Assembly: GCA_963823665.1 (NCBI GenBank)
Contig: CAWGMQ010000008.1
Location: 1,888,001 to 1,952,000, forward strand
Origin: an uncultured Planctomycetota bacterium
GTDB taxonomy: Bacteria > Planctomycetota > Planctomycetia > Isosphaerales > Isosphaeraceae
DNA: 64,000 bases
Direction of reading: 5' to 3'
Each line of letters opens with the position of its first letter. Within the stretch, counting starts at the first letter, position 1. Under the pieces are notes generated by a model. The model was not told the DNA's origin and ran no database searches. It saw nothing but the letters and a program-made list of their open reading frames with translations. Positions 28,001-42,982 of the stretch are shown here, piece by piece. Position numbers and translations under genes: made by a program.

Positions 28001-31000
28001 GTCGGTGTTATAGGTGAGTGTGGTGGTGCCGGTGAGCGTGCCCGTGGCATCGAAGGTTTCGGCAGTCAGCATGTTGCCCTGGGCGTCGTAGGTGAAGGAC
28101 TCGCCCGTCCCGTCGGAGAACGACTCCTCGGTGACCAGCCCCTGGGCATTGTACTGGTAGTTGACCGGATCGCCGTCCTGCTCGATCGTCTCGGTCATGT
28201 TGCCGAGCGGGTCGTAGCTGAACGACTGCTGGGTGCCGTCGGGAAAGGTGATCGAAAGGAGGTTGCCGGCGGCATCAGCTTTGTACTGGGTCGTGCTGTT
28301 AAGGGCGTCAGTGATCGAAGTGAGGTTGCCCAGCGCGCCATAGGTCATTTGCACCGTCTGGCCGAGCGGATTGACGGTCTCGGTCAGGTTGCCGTTGCTA
28401 TCGTAGCTGTACTGGTAGATATCGCCGGCCGCGTTGGAGTAGCTGACGAGGTTGCCGTTGTTGTCGTAAGAGAAGGTCGAGAGGCCGCCCGAGGGACCTT
28501 CCTCCCGGGCAGGCAGGCCGAGCGACTCAAACCAGATCGTGGTCTGATCGCCGGCGGCGTCAGCGGCCGTGACCTCGGCCCCGTCGCCGTATGTGTAGGT
28601 GATCGGGTCGGCGCCTCCGTTCTGGCTCACTACGCTGAGACGGCCCTGGGCATCGTAGCTGAAATCCTGCTGCGAGCCGTCGGGATTGGTGATCGAGAGC
28701 AGGGCGTTGGCGGTCTCCGGATTGCTGCCGGTGGCGTAGGTGTAGGAGGTCGTCAAGTTGCCCGGAGCTGTCACCGAGAGCAGATGGCCGGCCGAATCGT
28801 AGCTGTAAGACCAGGTATCGCCCGTGCCATTGGCAACCTGCGACACGAAGCCTTGCGGGTTGTAGGTCAGCGTCAACTGCTCGGTTGGCTCGGAAGCGTC
28901 CGAGGGATTGGAGTAGGTCAGGCCGATGAGCTGATTCTGAGAATTGTAGTCCAGCGTAATCCGGTTGCCGTTGGTGTCTTGCTCGTAATTAAGCTGGTCG
29001 TTGGGAAGGAAGACGTACTGTGCGCCGGAGGTGGCCGTGAAGGTGTAAACGCCGCCGGACTGGGTCAGTGAGCCATACTCGCCGTCGGTGTCGAGGTAGT
29101 CGCCGTTAGCCTGCTCGACGAAGTAGCCGGCGGAAGCTCCGGACGTGATCGTGACGTTGCCGGAGTCGTCCGTGCTCAAGGAGGTCTGCCAACCAGACAC
29201 CCAGCCAAGGCCGAACATTCCGGTCTGGTCCCGGCCGTTGAGCGTCGCGATAAACGTCCGGTCGACGGCCAGCGCCAGGCTGCCCGGCGTGGGCAGAGAG
29301 GCATCGATGGCCGAGCTCAGGCTGGGAGCCGGAAACACGGCGTCGGCCTGCTCGGCGAGGAACGCCCAGAGGTTGTTGACGTCGCTAACCTGGGCCGTCG
29401 TCTCACCGAGGTTGCCGAGGTAGGTGGCGGCCTGCGCCAGCGCGGCATTGTAAGAGTCGGTCGTCGTGCCGACGATCGCCATCAGGTTGCTCCAAATGGC
29501 ATTCCAGGCCGTGGTGGAAACGTTACTGGGCTGGAGCGATGATTTCTGGGCTGACCAGTCGATCGGCTGGCCGGCTTCGATCTGGTCCACCTCGATGGGG
29601 ATCGTGTCGTTATCAATGGGGTCGTTGGAGAGGATGGTCAGGCTGAGCTGGCCGCTCTGGCCGGGCCGCAATATGCCTGTGGGGCCACTCGGCGCCGCTG
29701 CCAGCACAGCAGCCAATGGCGAGAAGTAGTTGGGATCATCCGGCGTACTTAAGAGGACATTGGCATTCGTGGTCGAGATCGACAGGAACGGAGCCAGGAT
29801 GTCGTTTTGGGACGTGTTGGCGTAGCTGACCACGATCGTACCGGTCCGCCCCGGGCGCACGAACTGGGGCGCACTCACACTGATGCTCAGCGTTCCTACG
29901 GCAGCCGCAATGACGTGGAACGACGTCGTCGCCCTAAGCGCCTGGCTCCCCTGCTGAACGCTCAGGGTGTAATTGCCGACGGACGCACCGTCCAGGTCGA
30001 AGGTGGCGTAAATCTGGCTCGCGCTGACGAAGTCGATCGACGAGGCGGCGATCGATTTCGAGCCCAGGGTCAACGTGGCGGTATCCAAGGGCGCCAGGTT
30101 GGTGCCGTCGATCGCGACGGTGACATTACCGGCATTACCGCCCGAGGTGGTCGAGAGGGACGAGATGGTCGGGGCACTCCCCTGGGTGACGGTCAGCGTG
30201 TAGCCGGCTGTGGCCGCCGCGCCGGAGATGCTCTCGACCAGGATGTTGTAGGTCCCCGCCGTCAAGACTTGCGGCACCACGGCCGTCTGGCCCGGCTGAT
30301 TGGGGACGGCCGAGGAGTCCTGATAGTTGTATGGCGTCGGCAGAGTCCCCAGGCTGACATAAACCGCTAGCGAACCGGAGGCGGCCGCGCTCGCGGCGGA
30401 AACCACCAGCGAACCGCCGGCCGGCACGGTCACCTGGTAGTAGTTCTCTTGCTCGGCTTCCGTGAACGAGCCAGTGGCGGCCTTGCCGAGTGTCAGGGAT
30501 GGCAGGCTGACCGCGAGCTGTCCGCTCGCGGCCAGGGTGTTGTTCGCGCGGTCGGGGTCGGCGATCTGGTAGAGGCTGTCGGCCTCCACGATGACGTAGT
30601 AAGATCCCGGCGCCAAGGCTGGTACGGGCGCGGTCAGGCTGCCGGTGTAAGTGGCGCCGGCGCCCAGGCCGCCCGTATGCACCACCGAGCCCAGCAGGAG
30701 CGAGCTGCCGGTGATCGTCGCGGTGGGTGAAAGATAAACGCTGTCCTGCCAGTTTCCGGCGGCGGCCGTGGTATCCACGTCCGTCACATTCCAGCTTACC
30801 GCGATCGCCTGGCCGACGGCTGCCGTGGACGGAATATTCACGCTGGTGATAGCCAGGTCCGCGCCGACGGCGGCCGTGTCCAGGTCGAGCGCCGTGGCCG
30901 TCTGGGTCGCGGTCATTCCGGAAGGCAGACCCGTGACCGTGGCGAAGCTGCCGGTCGCACTCGCGAACGCCAGCACCGGATAATCGTCGCCGAACGTCGG

Positions 31001-34000
31001 GGTGAAGCCGTTCACAAAGTTAACGTTCAGGTCCCCGCCCAGCGCGGCCGAGCCGGTGACGGCGACCTGCCCGTACTCGCCGCTTGAGGGCGTGCCACCG
31101 ATTTGCAGCGCGAGCGATCCGGCCGAGGTCTGGGCGAAACCGCCGCCGACATTGAGCTCACTGCCAGCGCCCAAGGTCAGGCTGCCGCTGTTGCTGAACG
31201 CGCCATCGGTTGACAACGCGGCCCCGCCGGTGAGGCCCAGGCTGCCGCTGTTCGACGTCAGGCTGTCCAGACCGGCGATCGTGGCGCCGGCTCCGCCTGA
31301 GGCGATGGTCGCGGCACTGCTGGTGATGCTCGTGCCGTAGGGGAATTCCAGCGTGGCGCCGTCGAGTGCGTTCCAGGTGCCGCCGGTCAGGCCGCCGCTC
31401 GAGAGCTGGGCAAACGAGGTCGGCTCGAGGTCCAGCGTACCCGAGTCCGCCTCGATGGTACCGGTGTTGGTGAGGAGCCCGTAGATCGACAGCGTCGACG
31501 TCCCGCTGCCCGCCGTCTTGCGGATGGTGCCGGCGTTCACGACGGCCATCTGGTCGTCCACGCTGTCGATGCCCGAATCGGATTCAATCAGGTAGGACGC
31601 CCCCGCATCGTTCTCCAGGGTGGTGGTGGAGACGGTGTCGCGTTCCAGGTCGAGGTTGCCGCTGCCGGTCTGGATTATGGTCCCTTCGTTGTAGAGCGTG
31701 CCATCCTTGAGTGCCTTGTCGTTGGAACCGGCGAGGTTGATGGTCCCCAGGTTGGTCACGTTGCCCAGCGAGGCGTAGAAGTAGCCCCCGGTCCACTGGA
31801 ACATGGTGCCGGAAAAGTTCAGCGTCAAGCCCGCGCCGGTCGGGCCGTCACCCGAACCGATAGCGGGAAAGATCTCGCCTCCGCTAAACTGCACCGTTCC
31901 GCTCCCGGAGCCGGTGAGCGTTCCGCCGTAGCTTCCGTACATGTTCATGTTTAGGTCCGTCAGGTCGACCACGGCTCCCTGGCCGACGTTGAAGGTGACC
32001 CCGCCGGTATAGGTGCCGCTCTGAATGTCGACGGTCGCGTCCGCACCGACGTTGAAGGTCGTGCCGCCCGAGAACGTGCCGGACGGATTCAGGTACAGAG
32101 TCATCCCCTGGGGGAACTGGGGCACGTTGAGCGTGACGCCAGTCCCCGAGTCCGGCAGTGGGTCCAGGATACCGCTGCCGATCTGGATCGAAGACCCGGC
32201 GCCGGTCACCGAGACGCTGCTGCCCGTCGCTGTGAAGGCGGTCGGCGCCGGCAGGATCAGCGTGCTGCCGCCGCTGACATCGATCGTGACGCCGCCGGCG
32301 CTGGTGAGGCCGGGCAGGGTGAGCGTGCCGGCGGTGAGATTCAGCGTGCCGGTGACGGTCGTGAGCTTGGGAAGGTTCACTGTGGCTTGATTGGTGGCGC
32401 TGAAGCTGACGTCCGGAGAGGCCAGGGTGGCCAGGGCCGACAGGTCGATCTCGCTGCCGGCGCCGGCGGCGACGATCTGCAGATCCTGGTTGGTCGAGGT
32501 GACCGACGATAAAGCCGGCAGGAGCAACTGGCCCCCGTTGCTCGCGTTCAAATAGAGTGAGTTTTGCCAGCTTCCCAGGCTGGTCAAAGCCGGCAGGCTC
32601 AAGGTAGCCCCGCTGCCGGTGGCCTGCAAGATCGCCGGCTGGCCGCCGCTGGGGATGCTGACGCTGGTCACACCGGAGAGCGTGGTCGTGCCCCCGGTGA
32701 CGTCGATGCTGGTGTTGGTCAGCGTGGTCCACTGGCTCACGGCCATCGTGCCGGTGCCGTCGAGCGTCACCGTCTCGTTGGTCAGGCTGGTGAGCTTGGG
32801 GTCGAGGACCGTGGCCTGATCGGTAACGCTGAATTCGCCCAAGAAGCCGGGCGCCAGGCTGGTCAAGCCCGACAGGTCGATCTTGCTTCCTGCGCCGGCG
32901 GCGACGATCTGCAGATGCTGGTTGGTCGAGCTGACCGACGATAAGGCCGGCAGGAGCAACTGGCCCCCATTGCTCGGCTCGAAATAGAGCGTGCCTTGCA
33001 GGCTGCCCAGGCTGGTCAAAGTCGGCAGGCTCAAGGTAGCCCCGCTGGCGGTGGCCTGCAAAATCGCCTGTTCGCCGCTGGCGACGCTGACTTCGGTCAC
33101 TCCGGAGAGCGTGGTCGTGCCCCCGATGACGTCGATGCTGGTGTTGGTCAGCGTGGTCCACTGGCTCACGGCCATCGTGCCGGTGCCATCGAGCGTCACC
33201 GTATCGTTGGTCAGGCTGGTGAGCTTGGGGTCGAGGACCGTGGCCTGATCGGTAACGCTGAATTCGCCCGAGAAGCCGGGCGCCAGGGTGGTCAGGTCCG
33301 ACAGGTCGATCTTGCTGCCTGCGCCGTCGGCGAGAATCTGGATGTCCTGGCTGATCGCGGTGACCGACTCGAGCGCCGGCAGGAGCAACTGGCCCCCTTG
33401 GCTGGCCTCGAGATAGAGATAGCTCGTCAGTTGGCCCAGACCCGTCAGGGCCGGCAGGTTCAACGTGGACCCGGTACCGATCGCCTCGAACACGCCGTAA
33501 CCCGAGCCCGCGGGCATGGTGGCGGTGGTCAATTGCGGCAGGCTGAGCGTCGCCCCGGCTTCGGCCTCGAGGATCGCGCCGGCGACCGTCGTCGTCCCCG
33601 TGACGGTCAGCGAGACGCCCGAGCCGCTGGCCGTGAGCGAGCCGCCGGTCATGGTCAAGCCGCCGCTCAAGGTCGAACTCGCGGCCACGGACAGCGAGCC
33701 GCCGCTGATCGAGATCGGATCGGTACTGCTGATCGAGTTGACCGACTGCGTCCCCGAGGCGATCGCGATCGTGGGATTGCCGCTCATGCTGATCGTGACG
33801 TTGTCGCTCGGCCCCGGCACGGCATCATCCGACCAGTTGCTGGCATCCGTCCAGGTTGTCCCATCGCCTTGGCCCGTCCAGGACACATTCGAGAGGAGCG
33901 TCCGGGGCTCCAGGAATTCGACCGTCCAGTGAACCGCTCGGTGACGCGGCCGGCCGGACCGTGGAACTCCGCGACGAGCTGCTTCACGAAGTGTGCGCAC

Positions 34001-34003
34001 CAT
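25046..34003 (-). CDS. Giant exported RHS/YD-repeat protein (~2985 aa) with beta-solenoid repeats, CARDB/PPC-like domains, RHS core, internal papain-like domain, Fn3-like domain and shared C-terminal domain
   Basis: [11 protein letters not shown] export motif, many YD repeats, RHS core [42 protein letters not shown], then [16 protein letters not shown]. Start set at 34003 after GAGG. Confidence 0.9.
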   Translation of the reverse strand: MVRTLREAARRGVPRSGRPRHRAVHWTVEFLEPRTLLSNVSWTGQGDGTTWTDASNWSDDAVPGPSDNVTISMSGNPTIAIASGTQSVNSISSTDPISISGGSLSVAASSTLSGGLTMTGGSLTASGSGVSLTVTGTTTVAGAILEAEAGATLSLPQLTTATMPAGSGYGVFEAIGTGSTLNLPALTGLGQLTSYLYLEASQGGQLLLPALESVTAISQDIQILADGAGSKIDLSDLTTLAPGFSGEFSVTDQATVLDPKLTSLTNDTVTLDGTGTMAVSQWTTLTNTSIDVIGGTTTLSGVTEVSVASGEQAILQATASGATLSLPTLTSLGSLQGTLYFEPSNGGQLLLPALSSVSSTNQHLQIVAAGAGSKIDLSGLTSLAPGFLGEFSVTDQATVLDPKLTSLTNETVTLDGTGTMAVSQWTTLTNTSIDVTGGTTTLSGVTSVSIPSGGQPAILQATGSGATLSLPALTSLGSWQNSLYLNASNGGQLLLPALSSVTSTNQDLQIVAAGAGSEIDLSALATLASPDVSFSATNQATVNLPKLTTVTGTLNLTAGTLTLPGLTSAGGVTIDVSGGSTLILPAPTAFTATGSSVSVTGAGSSIQIGSGILDPLPDSGTGVTLNVPQFPQGMTLYLNPSGTFSGGTTFNVGADATVDIQSGTYTGGVTFNVGQGAVVDLTDLNMNMYGSYGGTLTGSGSGTVQFSGGEIFPAIGSGDGPTGAGLTLNFSGTMFQWTGGYFYASLGNVTNLGTINLAGSNDKALKDGTLYNEGTIIQTGSGNLDLERDTVSTTTLENDAGASYLIESDSGIDSVDDQMAVVNAGTIRKTAGSGTSTLSIYGLLTNTGTIEADSGTLDLEPTSFAQLSSGGLTGGTWNALDGATLEFPYGTSITSSAATIASGGAGATIAGLDSLTSNSGSLGLTGGAALSTDGAFSNSGSLTLGAGSELNVGGGFAQTSAGSLALQIGGTPSSGEYGQVAVTGSAALGGDLNVNFVNGFTPTFGDDYPVLAFASATGSFATVTGLPSGMTATQTATALDLDTAAVGADLAITSVNIPSTAAVGQAIAVSWNVTDVDTTAAAGNWQDSVYLSPTATITGSSLLLGSVVHTGGLGAGATYTGSLTAPVPALAPGSYYVIVEADSLYQIADPDRANNTLAASGQLAVSLPSLTLGKAATGSFTEAEQENYYQVTVPAGGSLVVSAASAAASGSLAVYVSLGTLPTPYNYQDSSAVPNQPGQTAVVPQVLTAGTYNILVESISGAAATAGYTLTVTQGSAPTISSLSTTSGGNAGNVTVAIDGTNLAPLDTATLTLGSKSIAASSIDFVSASQIYATFDLDGASVGNYTLSVQQGSQALRATTSFHVIAAAVGTLSISVSAPQFVRPGRTGTIVVSYANTSQNDILAPFLSISTTNANVLLSTPDDPNYFSPLAAVLAAAPSGPTGILRPGQSGQLSLTILSNDPIDNDTIPIEVDQIEAGQPIDWSAQKSSLQPSNVSTTAWNAIWSNLMAIVGTTTDSYNAALAQAATYLGNLGETTAQVSDVNNLWAFLAEQADAVFPAPSLSSAIDASLPTPGSLALAVDRTFIATLNGRDQTGMFGLGWVSGWQTSLSTDDSGNVTITSGASAGYFVEQANGDYLDTDGEYGSLTQSGGVYTFTATSGAQYVFLPNDQLNYEQDTNGNRITLDYNSQNQLIGLTYSNPSDASEPTEQLTLTYNPQGFVSQVANGTGDTWSYSYDSAGHLLSVTAPGNLTTSYTYATGSNPETANALLSITNPDGSQQDFSYDAQGRLSVVSQNGGADPITYTYGDGAEVTAADAAGDQTTIWFESLGLPAREEGPSGGLSTFSYDNNGNLVSYSNAAGDIYQYSYDSNGNLTETVNPLGQTVQMTYGALGNLTSITDALNSTTQYKADAAGNLLSITFPDGTQQSFSYDPLGNMTETIEQDGDPVNYQYNAQGLVTEESFSDGTGESFTYDAQGNMLTAETFDATGTLTGTTTLTYNTDAQGQDIGSELASITYPNLLNLKFSYNAAGERTQSVDQDGFTVNYTYNVLGQLSELTDGSGNLIVRYTYNNLNELVNKLNGNGTSTTYAYDADGDLTSEVNYAPGGKTVNSSFIYTYNVLDEVTSMTDAAGSKTSYGYDATGQLIQVDLPGGATITYVYNAAGDLTAVDDSGATTSYSSNDDNEITQAGSTTYTYDANGNLASVTDSSGTTTYGFNDLSQLKSITSPDGTVTTFQYSPLGFLVGENVGGTQTNDLVDPAGGGNVVASYDGSGSLIADYTYGLGLVNQTGPSGTGYYDFDVSGNTVGLTGSSGSYVNQYSYLPFGETATVSAALPNSFTFAGQFGVMQIGTNVFSMRARVYTPATEQFLSNDPLGIAGGTNIREYAANDPIAFSDPLGLSKSDCKDVTIFLWGWGIGEAGMHATIDVDGNYLSKYPGSPANYPKSFGEDVSSRQHHIPATTFSFSVPDNVAAGMTSEINSLNNSAFNYFTNNCAEGVTSVLQAGGYEIPSYVWSPGSLAYYLRNYTLQLPDCTPPKHPPLLPSTPMGTIPIPNHAPHDPNALIGPLGYGTQGFLQPIGPWPYTVAFENDGSVAAQDVTVTEQLSANLDWSTFQLGSFAFGSIHVNVPPGLTDYQTTVSYQNVDGTPLNVLVALNFNVQTGLLTVTFTSLDPITGQAPTGVTDGFLPPDNSSGIGEGYVQYTIEPRSGLATGTAINQQASVVFDTNAPINTTVVVNTIDVTTPSSSVAPLPATSGTTFTVSWSGSDGAGPGIASYNVYVSDQGGPYTIWQSATTTTSATFTGQPGHTYSFYSIATDPLGLVQPAPTAAGATTTVNNPPPPTPPTITGEQALFTRKLNKKHKPVGKPVLTGFAIDFSAAMDPATAGNAANYQVDWVSIKRVKRKKVQVLHPVPIRVVYDAVDHSVSLLLSRTQTFPQGGQITVTATSPGGVSGASGVLLDGNDEGQPGDDGTFTILPRGRGVDRSSST
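32440..33400 (-). repeat. Intragenic tandem repeat, ~429 bp period (~143 aa), a little over 2 copies
   Basis: GTCGATGCTGGTGTTGGTCAGCGTGGTCCA occurs at 32702 and 33131. The protein repeats [35 protein letters not shown]. Confidence 0.9.
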
Positions 34004-34035
34004 GATCCTCGCTCCCCGGGACGAAAACCCTTGCA

Positions 34036-34175
34036 CTTGCGGCCTCGACATCAACGCCGTGGAGACGCTCGGCCCGCCCTGCCGAACCCTCCGCCCCTCG
34101 TCGCGTCGTCAGCCATACAGGAGACGGCATCGTGACGTCGCGGACGGACACGTTTTTTCCAAGATTGTGTTCTCC
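34036..34175 (-). promoter_or_regulatory. Conserved upstream block, copy 2 (putative ECF promoter TGTCCG-N18-CGTCTC)
   Basis: Minus strand GGAAAAAACGTGTCCGTCCGCGACGTCACGATGCCGTCTCCTGTATGG, matching 24631-24678. Confidence 0.65.
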
Positions 34176-34236
34176 GAGGCCGTGAGACATAATCGTTTGC
34201 TGGTAATCACGCAATCAGGCATGTTCAGGCCGAGGC

Positions 34237-34830
34237 ATGTGCGAGCCGAGGGGATTCCCGGAGCTGATCCGTCTGGCCCGGTGCGGCGACGAGGACGCGG
34301 CGGCCCGACTGACGCGCGAGTTCGAGCCGTTCATCCGGCGGTTCGCGCGGTTCCGGATGCGCATCAGGCCGGACCACCAGCGGCTGAGGCCGGAACTGGA
34401 CTCGGCGGATATCTGCCAGTCGATCTTCAAAAGCCTGTTCGTGGGCCTGCGGGGTGGGCGGTTCGAGCTGGATCAGCCCGAGCAGTTGCAGAAGCTGCTC
34501 AGTGCGATGGTGAGGCTCAAGGTGGCGAACCGGGCGCGGCGGCTGAGCGTGACCCTGCGCGAGGTGCTGGAGGTGGACGCGCCGCGAGAGCGGGTGGATT
34601 CGGGGTCTGGGCCCGAGAAGGCCGTGGATGACAGGGAGTTCCTGGATACGATCCTCAAGCAATTTGCGCCGGATGAGCTGGACCTGCTGATTCGCCGGCT
34701 GGACGATCAGCCGTGGCCGGCGATTGCCGAGGCGGCCGGCGGCACGGCCGAGGCCCTGCGGAAGAAGCTGGCGCGGGCCCTGGAGCGGGTTCGGGACCAT
34801 CCGGCGCTGCACGACTTATTCACGGGCTGA
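34237..34830 (+). CDS. ECF sigma factor of the kinase-associated planctomycete type
   Basis: ARCGDEDAAARL, LDSADICQSIFKS, C-terminal HTH (WPAIAEAAGGTAEALRKKLARAL). Lies 27 bp upstream of a Ser/Thr kinase gene. Confidence 0.85.
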   Translation: MCEPRGFPELIRLARCGDEDAAARLTREFEPFIRRFARFRMRIRPDHQRLRPELDSADICQSIFKSLFVGLRGGRFELDQPEQLQKLLSAMVRLKVANRARRLSVTLREVLEVDAPRERVDSGSGPEKAVDDREFLDTILKQFAPDELDLLIRRLDDQPWPAIAEAAGGTAEALRKKLARALERVRDHPALHDLFTG

Positions 34831-34857
34831 GACGCCGCGAGGGGACGGGATTTATCC

Positions 34858-37813
<2,956 letters not shown>

Positions 37814-37953
37814 CTGGGTCCCGATCTGGACCTGCTTCGCTGGGCCGAGGAGTCGTAGGAGGCGATCGTCGGCAACAATGCGGTAGAGATGAGAGCGCGA
37901 GGGGCGGATGTTGACTCGGTTCAAATCCAGTCGCCCCGACTCGTTGTAAACAG

Positions 37954-37995
37954 AAATCCCGTCAACAGTTCCTGTTGCAACTGTTGACGGGATTT
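37954..37995. terminator. 17-bp perfect inverted repeat between convergent genes; probable bidirectional terminator
   Basis: AAATCCCGTCAACAGTT-cctgttgc-AACTGTTGACGGGATTT. Confidence 0.6.
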
Positions 37996-38128
37996 GAACT
38001 TTCAAGTACTTCTATTGCGACCAGCCAAGCGCGCGATCACGCCAGTAAGCCGCTCAAACGTCTTCTCACGACGAACTTCTGCTCCGCGGAGCTTGGCGTT
38101 CACCGGGCAGCCCTGCTGAACGCCCGCC

Positions 38129-38521
38129 CTACCAGCGCCCGAGCTGGGTGATTTGAATGAGGTTGCCGCAACAGTCGTTCAGCTTGACGATGGTCGCGCC
38201 GGTCACGTCGGATGGCGCCATGGTGAACTCGGCTCCGCGCGCTTTGATGCGCTCGTAGTCCGCCTTGACGTCATCGGAAAAGAACATGGCCGCGGGCTGG
38301 CCCTGCTGGAACATGGCCTGCTGGTAGGCCTTGGCCGCCGGGTTGTCATTGAGTGCAAGCTGGAGCTCGGTTCCGTCCGGGTCCTCAGGTGAGGCCACGG
38401 TGAGCCAGCGATACGGCCCCTGGCTGAAATCTGACTTCTTGGCAAAGCCCAGCACTTCGGTGTAGAAGCGCAGAGCCTTCTCCTGATCGTCCACGTACAC
38501 GCTTGTCAGCTTGATCTTCAT
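38129..38521 (-). CDS. VOC/glyoxalase family protein
   Basis: VYVDDQEKALRFYTEVLGF, RWLTV, D..GNLIQI. Confidence 0.9.
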   Translation of the reverse strand: MKIKLTSVYVDDQEKALRFYTEVLGFAKKSDFSQGPYRWLTVASPEDPDGTELQLALNDNPAAKAYQQAMFQQGQPAAMFFSDDVKADYERIKARGAEFTMAPSDVTGATIVKLNDCCGNLIQITQLGRW

Positions 38522-38617
38522 TGGTTTGTCGCTTTCTTCACGGTTGTTGGTGCTTTCTTCATGGATAACGTCACGCGCGCGTCACCTGGAGGGCGGTCGA
38601 CAGCCGGCTGTGCGCGG

Positions 38618-39028
38618 TCAGGCGCTCGCCTGAGTGGCGTGCAGGAGGCGCCAGAAGAAGTACGAAAACCCCCAGAGCACCCCGGTGCCCGCCGCCCAAC
38701 CCCACGCCTCCGGGCCGTCGCCGACCGCGAGGTGGGCGATGAGGGCAGAGCCGAGGTTGATGGCGAAGCCGGCGTAGGCCCACTCTTTGAGCCTCGCCGG
38801 CGCCGGCGCAAGCAGCAGCACCACGCCGAGCAGCTTGGCCCACGCAAGCTCCACGCGGAAGTAGGCGGGGAAGCCGAGGTGATTGAACGCCTCCGCCACC
38901 TGTGGCAGGCGCAGTTGCGCGTAGGCCGTGAAGCCACTCTGCAGGCAGAAGAGCGCCGTGACGATCCAGAAGCTGATGACTATCCCTTTGGTGCGAGGCA
39001 CGTGCAGGCCCGATACGACAGTGCTCAC
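38618..39028 (-). CDS. DoxX-like family membrane protein
   Basis: HLGFPAYFRVEL, RLKEWAYAGF, four hydrophobic helices. Confidence 0.85.
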   Translation of the reverse strand: MSTVVSGLHVPRTKGIVISFWIVTALFCLQSGFTAYAQLRLPQVAEAFNHLGFPAYFRVELAWAKLLGVVLLLAPAPARLKEWAYAGFAINLGSALIAHLAVGDGPEAWGWAAGTGVLWGFSYFFWRLLHATQASA

Positions 39029-39076
39029 GATTTATCTCCTTTAAAGAAAGTCTGAAGAGTCCAATGGAATGGTGCT

Positions 39077-39138
39077 TGTCACACCCTCCCCGTCTTGTTC
39101 GTCAGTATGATGACGGATGACCGCGGGAAAAGGTGACG
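39077..39138. promoter_or_regulatory. Two back-to-back ECF41-type promoters
   Basis: Plus strand TGTCACA-N16-CGTC (39077-39103). Minus strand CGTCACC-N16-CGTC (39138-39112). The ECF41 consensus is TGTCACA-N16-CGTC. Confidence 0.8.
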
Positions 39139-39154
39139 AAGATGGAGAGTCAAA

Positions 39155-40051
39155 ATGACTGAGGATGCGTGGCTGGCCGAGAAGTTCGAAGAGAATCGTC
39201 CCCATTTACGGGCAGTCGCCTGCCGGATTCTCGGTTCGAACTGGGAAGCGGACGACGCCGTCCAGGAGGCCTGGGTGCGCCTCATGCGCTCCGACGCCAA
39301 GAGTACTGAAAATCTTGGCGGTTGGCTCACGACCGTGGTGTCCAGAGTTTGCCTGGACATGCTTCGGTCGCGCAAATCCAGAAAAGAAGAATCCCTTGAG
39401 GAACAAATTCTGGAAGAATCGGAGAACCCGCGCCAGGCCAATCCCGCTGAGGAAGCCCTGCTGGCTGACTCGGTTGGCTCCGCCCTGCTGATCGTTTTAA
39501 GCACCTTGACTCCCGCCGAACGGGTAGCCTTCGTGCTGCACGACTTCTTCGACCTGGCCTTCGAGGAAATCGCCCCGATCGTGGGCCGATCGGAAATTGC
39601 CGCCCGGCAGCTCGCGAGCCGTGCCCGGCGGCGGGTGAGAGGAGGCCAGGATGGCCGGGAAGATGAAGCGAGGAAGCGGGAAATCGTCTCTGCCTTTCTG
39701 GCCGCCTCCCGCGAAGGCAATTTCAACGCCCTGCTTCAATTGCTCGATCCCGAAATCTTGCTTACCGCGGATGATGTGGCCGTCAAAGTCACCGAAGCCA
39801 ATAAGGCCAAGGGCGCGCTGCCCCTCCACAGCGAGATGCGGGGCGCGACGGTGGTGGCCGAAGCCTTCAAGGGCCGGGCGTTGGGCGCCCAGCTAGCCCT
39901 CATCAATGGCTCCGTGGGAACCACCTGGATCGGCGGTGGAAAACCCCGGGTGGTTTTCCTGTTCTCCATTGAAGATGGGAAAATTCAGGCGATTGACGTG
40001 GTCATGGACCCGGAGGATTTGAAGGAAATGGAAGTCGAGCCTTTGGGTTAG
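39155..40051 (+). CDS. ECF41-like sigma factor with C-terminal SnoaL-like domain
   Basis: EADDAVQEAW, WLTTVVSRVCLD, LTPAERVAFVLHD, QLASRARRRV, AFLAASREG..LLQLLDP, ING. Confidence 0.88.
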   Translation: MTEDAWLAEKFEENRPHLRAVACRILGSNWEADDAVQEAWVRLMRSDAKSTENLGGWLTTVVSRVCLDMLRSRKSRKEESLEEQILEESENPRQANPAEEALLADSVGSALLIVLSTLTPAERVAFVLHDFFDLAFEEIAPIVGRSEIAARQLASRARRRVRGGQDGREDEARKREIVSAFLAASREGNFNALLQLLDPEILLTADDVAVKVTEANKAKGALPLHSEMRGATVVAEAFKGRALGAQLALINGSVGTTWIGGGKPRVVFLFSIEDGKIQAIDVVMDPEDLKEMEVEPLG

Positions 40052-40416
40052 CCCGGTGTTGTCGCCGGAACCGAGCTGTTTGGGCTCACGCAAAGGCGCA
40101 TCGGCGCGTACAAGAATCGCAGGGCAGATCGTCCAGGTCGGTTGAACGGCGTTCGTCTCATGATCTTGCGCACTGCACCGAGACGCTGCGCGATCATCAA
40201 GAATGAGACGGCAAGCAGTTCACTGACAAACGTGGCTTCTCGGCCCCATCCAGCGGGGTTAACAGGTCTCCACGCGGCTCTCCGCGGCGTGCTGCAAGCA
40301 GGGTGGACGTAGGCGGGGTACGGGTCACGTCGGATGGCATTCGAGAACAGGTCGATCACCGTTTGGATCTCCCACACAAAGGGGCTTGTCCTGCCTCGAC
40401 ACCCTGCTCACGCTGA

Positions 40417-41388
40417 TCACGCGATCGCAGTCGTTTCATCGCCTGGGGTTCTGAGCAGATCGCGCAACGCGTTTTCCAAATGAGGAAACTGAAACTCGAA
40501 CCCTTCCTGTTGAAGACGTTCCGATACCACGTAACGTCCATACAACGCGAGCTCCGGGTCAGTTCGCATGAGCAACGGTGCGCCGATGCGAACCATCCAC
40601 GAAAACGCCGGCAATCCTATCGGCATTCCAACGACGCGTCGCAGCGTTTTCATGAACTCTCGCTGCGAAACCGGGTTGGGAGATGACGCGATGTAGGCCC
40701 CTTGCATGCGGTCACTCGTGAACGCGCGTTCGAAGAGGCGATTCAGATCGGCTTCATGAATCCAGCTCATCCCCTGCATGCCCGATCCAACAGTGCCACC
40801 CAAACCGAATCGCACCAGCGTGAGCAGGCGAGCCAACGCACCACCGCCCGCGCCGCGGTTGCGACCGATGACAAAGCTTGTCCGAAGAACAACTCGACGC
40901 TGCGTGGGCAACGCATTCTGTTCAAATTCACATTCCCACGCTCGGCCGACAAACGGTGCAAGACCAAAGCCGAAAGGCGAATCCTCGGTGCAGGTGATTC
41001 TGGGCGGATCACCGTAGATGTGCGCCGTACTCATCTGTACCCAGGTCTGAGGCGGTACCATTACGGACCGGACCGCGAGGCCCAGTGCCCGTGTCGCTTC
41101 CGTGCGAGAGCGGAGAATCTCATCCTGATGGTCCGGGGTCTTGATGCAATCGACGCTGCGACCGACCAGATTGACCAGACCGCACGAGCCCTCCAGTGCT
41201 CGACTCCACTCCCCCAGTGTGCGAGCGTCCCAACTGAAGTGCGACCAGGGGCCGGCGCGGCGCGGCGGATGGCGAGAGAGGATCGCGACGGACCAACCCT
41301 TGTTCGTCAGATGCGAAGCAAGGGATAACCCCAGGAATCCACTTCCTCCGGCGATAACGACGCGGCCACGATCAGCATTCGCCTGCAT
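40417..41388 (-). CDS. TIGR01777-type NAD-dependent epimerase (DUF1731 C-terminus)
   Basis: [38 protein letters not shown]. Confidence 0.85.
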   Translation of the reverse strand: MQANADRGRVVIAGGSGFLGLSLASHLTNKGWSVAILSRHPPRRAGPWSHFSWDARTLGEWSRALEGSCGLVNLVGRSVDCIKTPDHQDEILRSRTEATRALGLAVRSVMVPPQTWVQMSTAHIYGDPPRITCTEDSPFGFGLAPFVGRAWECEFEQNALPTQRRVVLRTSFVIGRNRGAGGGALARLLTLVRFGLGGTVGSGMQGMSWIHEADLNRLFERAFTSDRMQGAYIASSPNPVSQREFMKTLRRVVGMPIGLPAFSWMVRIGAPLLMRTDPELALYGRYVVSERLQQEGFEFQFPHLENALRDLLRTPGDETTAIA

Positions 41389-41496
41389 CCCGCGGTACTC
41401 CAAGAAACGGAGAAAAAGGCGGACACCTCTCGTAACCGGACTCAGGCTGTCAGCCTTAACAAGAATCTCATGCCGATGCTGACAAACTTCAAGGCT

Positions 41497-42061
<565 letters not shown>

Positions 42062-42088
42062 AACGTAAGGCTCCCGATAGTGCATTGG

Positions 42089-42338
42089 CTACTGGTTTCG
42101 GCTCTGGAAGCGCTCGTCCAGATTCGCGAGCTGGCTCGCGAGCCCCTGAGAGGCCAGCCCTGTGAATTCGTCGTCATGCATGGGGCTGAGCGTGACCACC
42201 ATGCGCACCCATTCGCCGGACGGGAAGAAGTCGACCATGATTGCGCTTTCATAAGGCTCGACACCCGGTACAAAATCGATCATTTGAGTGAGCACCAATC
42301 GTTCCAGAGGCCGAAACTCGGAGAACCGGCCCACTCAT
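42089..42338 (-). pseudogene. SRPBCC/AHSA1 domain protein, C-terminal half only
   Basis: GRFSEFRPLERLVLT..VRMVVT..GLASQLANL. About 80 aa, located directly after an ArsR gene. Confidence 0.6.
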
Positions 42339-42685
42339 GTGTCTCGCTCCTTGTGAGAGGTTTTCGATTTCTTGCGTTTCTTTTCGAGCGCTTCTTCGAG
42401 TCGGTCAAGGCGTGCTTCCCAGAGGTCGCGGTACTGGGCCAGCCACCTGTCGAGCTCGCGAAAAGGCTCAGGCTTGAGAGAGTAGAGCCGCCGCTGTCCC
42501 TCCGGCCGCACGGAGACAAAGCCCGTGGCGTGGAGGATGTGCAGGTGACGCGACACACCCGACTGGTGAATCCCTGCCCTGGCGACGAGGTCATTGACCT
42601 GCTGCTCACCATGCCGCAGGGCTTCCACGATGCGTCGGCGCGTCGGGTCGGCGAGGGTCTGGAAGGTGTCTAGTTGCGTTGGCAT
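42335..42685 (-). CDS. ArsR/SmtB family transcriptional regulator
   Basis: FQTLADPTRRRIVEAL, QSGVSRHLHIL, GQRRLYSL. Confidence 0.9.
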   Translation of the reverse strand: MPTQLDTFQTLADPTRRRIVEALRHGEQQVNDLVARAGIHQSGVSRHLHILHATGFVSVRPEGQRRLYSLKPEPFRELDRWLAQYRDLWEARLDRLEEALEKKRKKSKTSHKERDT

Positions 42686-42710
42686 GTATATACAGTACGG
42701 TGCATATACA
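42685..42710. promoter_or_regulatory. Putative ArsR operator
   Basis: Inverted repeat TGTATAT-N12-ATATACA abutting the arsR start codon. Confidence 0.55.
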
Positions 42711-42982
42711 GGGCGCGTCAAGCCCCTTGCCGACGCGTTTTCCGCGACTTTTCATTTTGCGGGCATTTCGCCGGTCATTCGCCGCCGCCGTCGGGCTGCA
42801 ATGGCGTGGTCCCGATCGATGGACGACATTTTAGCGCGAGGACGCGGTCGACGCCGAGGGTGCCGCGCTACGCGCGGTCTTCGCTGCGTGGCCTGTCGCG
42901 GCCGGCCCGCTGCGCCGACGACGAAGTCAACGGAGTCGTGTCCATTGGGCCATCGCCGGGATGCGGGTGACGCGACCCAAGG

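Noticed and set aside
40310..40360. Cytochrome P450 N-terminus (IDLFSNAIRRDPYPAY)
   Set aside because: Only ~16 aa with no heme motif. Too short to call.
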